Source: Bryobacterales bacterium | GTDB lineage: Bacteria; Acidobacteriota; Terriglobia; Bryobacterales; Bryobacteraceae | Length of the DNA stretch: 64,000 bases | Direction: 5' to 3' | NCBI GenBank assembly: GCA_963710565.1 | Contig: CAVQAN010000009.1 | Location: 756,965 to 820,964, forward strand | Part shown: in pieces, positions 61,314 through 64,000 of the stretch | How positions within the stretch are numbered: position 1 is the first letter of the stretch | Layout of the letters: each line of letters begins with the position of its first letter | Made by a program: the position numbers and the translations under genes | The notes under the pieces: model-generated | The model's input: the letters and a program-made list of their open reading frames with translations, nothing else | Told to the model about the DNA's origin: nothing | Databases searched by the model: none

Positions 61314-62642
61314 TCACGCCTCCCGCTCGATGCGCACCCGCGCGATGCGGTTGTGGTCCATTTCCAGGATCGTGAATCGGCGGCCCTCGTCCTCGACGGA
61401 TTCGCCCGGCTTGGGGATGTAACCGAGCCGGAAAAGCAGGAACCCCGCCAGCGTCTCGAAGCCGGCGTTGGTGGGGAGCTCGATCGCGTACTGCGTCTCC
61501 AGGTCGCGGATCGACACCGCGCCTTCGATCTCGACCACCGGGCTGACCAGCGAAGGCTTGGGCCGCCGCACGTCGTGCTCGTCCTCGATTTCGCCGAAGA
61601 TCTGTTCGAAGACGTCCTCCATGGTCACCAGGCCGGCGATAGTGCCGAACTCGTCCACCACCAGCGCCATGTGCGCGTGATGCGTCCGGAACTCGTCCAC
61701 CATCTGGTTGAGCGGCTTGCTTTCCGGCACCACCAGGTGCTTGCGCAGAAGGGGGCGCAGTTGAAACGGCGGCGCGGGCGTGTTCGTGCGCGCGGCCAGC
61801 CGGAGCCGTTGCCAGGCCGGCAGCAGGTCCTTGTAGTGCAGGATCCCCACGATCTTCTCGGGCGCGTGCTCGTAGACCGGCACCCGCGTGTACTGGTTCT
61901 CGATCAGGGTGCGCAGCACGTGGTCGAGCGACGCCTCCGCCGACACCGAGACGATGTCGTTTCGCGGCACCATGATCTCCCGCACCGAGAGGCTCTGCAA
62001 GTCGAGAAGGTGGCCCAGCGCCACCTCTTCGAAGGCCGTGATCCGCCCCGCCGCGCGAACCGAACTCGCGATCAGCTTCAGCTCTTCCAGCGAGTGCGTG
62101 GTCTGGCCGGCCGCGCCCAGCCGGAACAGCCGCGATACCGCCGTCGAGGAGCGCTCGAGGACGTAGATGAACGGCTGCGAGACGCGGTAGAACACCAGCA
62201 GCAGCGGCGCCGCCGCCACCGCGTAGCCCTCCGCCTGCTTGATTCCAAAGTTCTTGGGCACGACCTCGCCGAAGACGACCATGCAGAAGGTGAGCATCAG
62301 GAAGGCGGCCACCAGGGCGGCCGCGTGCACCCAGGGTTCGGCCCGCTGGGCGACCAGCGGATGCACCGCCGACGCGATCAGGTGGTAGAGGGTGTTCTCG
62401 CCGGCCCAGCCTGCACCGATCCCCGCCAGTGTCACGCCAACCTGAACGGTGGCGAGCAGCCGTTCCGGGCGGCTAAGCAGGTTGAGCGCCGCCTGCGCCC
62501 CGACATTGCCCTCCGCTGCCAGTTCGCGCAACCGTGAGGGCCGGGCCGAGATGAGCGACAGTTCGGCTGACGCGAAGAAGGCGTTGAAACCGATGATCAT
62601 TGCCAGCAGCAGGAGCTGGTAGCCCATGTAGGTCTCATCCAT
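61314..62642 (-). CDS. CNNM/CorC-type transporter (DUF21 + CBS pair + CorC_HlyC; hemolysin-family protein)
   Basis: 442 aa. TM DUF21 region (…FNAFFASAELSLISARPSRLRELA…) and CBS pair (…VREIMVPRNDIVSV…TRVPVY…ALVVDEFGTIAGLVTMEDVFEQI…). C-terminal transporter-associated domain. Intact. Confidence 0.85.
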   Translation of the reverse strand: MDETYMGYQLLLLAMIIGFNAFFASAELSLISARPSRLRELAAEGNVGAQAALNLLSRPERLLATVQVGVTLAGIGAGWAGENTLYHLIASAVHPLVAQRAEPWVHAAALVAAFLMLTFCMVVFGEVVPKNFGIKQAEGYAVAAAPLLLVFYRVSQPFIYVLERSSTAVSRLFRLGAAGQTTHSLEELKLIASSVRAAGRITAFEEVALGHLLDLQSLSVREIMVPRNDIVSVSAEASLDHVLRTLIENQYTRVPVYEHAPEKIVGILHYKDLLPAWQRLRLAARTNTPAPPFQLRPLLRKHLVVPESKPLNQMVDEFRTHHAHMALVVDEFGTIAGLVTMEDVFEQIFGEIEDEHDVRRPKPSLVSPVVEIEGAVSIRDLETQYAIELPTNAGFETLAGFLLFRLGYIPKPGESVEDEGRRFTILEMDHNRIARVRIEREA

Positions 62643-62696
62643 AGAAGCGCACCTCGCCGCGACGGGCGCGCCCGCAATTCCAGTAGAATCGTGACG

Positions 62697-64000
62697 TGAC
62701 TCTCAAGCGGGCGCTCCGATATCTCAATCTGACCATACTCATCGTACTGCTTCTGGCTGCGATCGCCGTCTACTGGTGCGCGTGGCGCCCGCTGCCGCAA
62801 ACTGCGGGCCATATCGCGGTTCCTATCGCGCAACGCGTCATAGCCGCGCGCGACGCCCTCGGAGTCCCTCACATCGTGGCCGCCACCGTGGATGATGCGC
62901 TGTTCGTCCAGGGATACGTCACCGCCCAGGACCGCCTCTTCCAGATGGACGCTTTCCGGCGTTACGCCGGCGGCACTCTGGCGGAAGTGTTCGGACCCGC
63001 GCCCCTCGACTCCGATCGCGAGGCGCGCCGCCTGCGCATGGACCGCATCGCGGAGATGCAGGCCGCGCTGCTTCCCGCCGCCGACCGCGCCGTGCTGGCC
63101 GCCTATGTCCGCGGCGTCAACTACTTCATCGAGACGCATCGCAGCCGCCTGCCCCTGGAATTTACGCTGCTGCGCTACGATCCCCGGCCCTGGACCATCA
63201 AGGACTCCGTCCTGGTGGCGCTCTACATGTATCGCGAGATGACGGTTTCCTGGCGCGATAAGCTCACCAAGAGCGCCATGCTGGAGGGCGGCGACGCGGC
63301 CAAGGTCGAGGCGCTGTTCCCGCCGCGGATGAGCGGCCGCATTCTCCCCGGCTCGAACGCCTGGGCACTCGCCGGCTCGCGCACCAGGACCGGCCGTCCG
63401 CTTCTGGCCAACGATCCCCATCTCCCGTACTCGATTCCTTCCATGTGGTACATGGTCCATCTGCGCGCGCCGGGGTTGAATGTCTCCGGAGTCTCGCTGG
63501 CGGGACTGCCCTGCGTCATCATTGGCCACAACGATCGCATCGCCTGGGGCGAGACCAATGTGGGCTTCGACGTCCAGGATCTTTACCTCGAGAAGATCGA
63601 CCTGCGCACGGGCCGGTACGTCTTCCGCGGACAGATCGAGCAGGCGCGCTGGGAGCGCGAGTTGATCCCCGTCAAGGGCGCTCCGCCGGTCGAGTTCGCT
63701 CAGTGGGTCACGCGCCACGGTCCGGTCTTCACTGACCACGGCCGCGCCATGGCGCTGCGATGGGCCGCCGACGAGCCCGGCGCTCTGTCCTATCCCCTCC
63801 TCGATCTGGACCGCTCCCGCGACTGGCCGGAGTTTCTGACCGCGCTGGCGCGCTTTCCCGGCCCCGCCCAGAACTTCGTGTACGCGGACACGGCCGGCCA
63901 CATCGGCTACCACATTGGCGGCCGGCTTCCCATCCGCAGGAAATACGTCGGAGACGTCCCCGTCGATGGCAGCTCGGGCGACTACGAGTGGGATGGCTAC
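62697..64000 (+). CDS. Penicillin acylase (amidase) family Ntn-hydrolase, 3'-partial (runs off the window end; absent from the ORF table)
   Basis: Own translation from GTG 62697: VTLKRALRYLNLTILIVLLLAAIAVYW (TM/signal) …DALFVQGYVTAQDRLFQMD…PGSNAWALAGSRTRTGRPLLANDPHL… The GSNAW motif holds the catalytic beta-subunit N-terminal Ser. No stop before nt 64000. Confidence 0.8.

Noticed and set aside
1-64000. rRNA and tRNA genes
   Set aside because: No stretch with rRNA-like conserved blocks or a cloverleaf-compatible sequence was found. All sizeable intergenic gaps were inspected by eye only, so small tRNAs cannot be formally excluded

Overview
This is a high-GC (about 65-70%) bacterial chromosome segment. 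By inference it is probably Acidobacteriota (Solibacter-like): it carries a TIGR03436-type VWA protein, SBBP beta-propeller repeats and HTH-TM-TolB regulators.

Window layout:
- 1-4.9 kb: 3' part of a large secreted multidomain gene; a low-GC islet holding an IS1-family transposase remnant, a strong sigma70-like promoter and a Panacea-domain (DUF4065) antitoxin-like gene plus an unknown partner; a GH5 endoglucanase.
- 4.9-34.9 kb: ordinary core genes. These are yebC-ruvC-hyp-deoB-tpiA, a CDF transporter, an ion-channel-like protein, trpB2, proS, purN/purM, dtd, a VWA protein, greA/pgsA-like, purQ-purL-purF-aminotransferase, a VapC-like PIN protein, an actin-like ATPase, a flotillin, and a DUF362/prenyltransferase-repeat pair.
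- 34.9-60.4 kb: five very large minus-strand genes for secreted/lipoprotein beta-propeller adhesin-like proteins (SBBP, NHL, FG-GAP, an unknown beta-rich domain, Fn3, BACON, DUF11-like). A sixth paralog sits on the plus strand at the window start.
- 60.5-64.0 kb: alkD-like and corC-like genes, then a penicillin-acylase-family gene that runs off the 3' end.

The most notable signal: all six large genes end with exactly three tandem copies of an unrecognised ~115-aa module (…PVTPCRVxDTR…SxCxIP…LNSWxG…[11 protein letters not shown]…VILDxNGYF-stop). In the five clustered copies the last 0.35-1.0 kb are >90-97% identical at the DNA level, a gene-conversion signature. A membrane-anchored HTH + TolB-like regulator sits inside the cluster.

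Other signals:
- A 4-copy MITE/REP-like intergenic repeat family.
- Apparent 1-bp indel frameshifts throughout, including in essential genes (tpiA, deoB x3, purL, purF, purM, purN). This points to sequence error rather than pseudogenes.

No rRNA, tRNA or CRISPR array was found.
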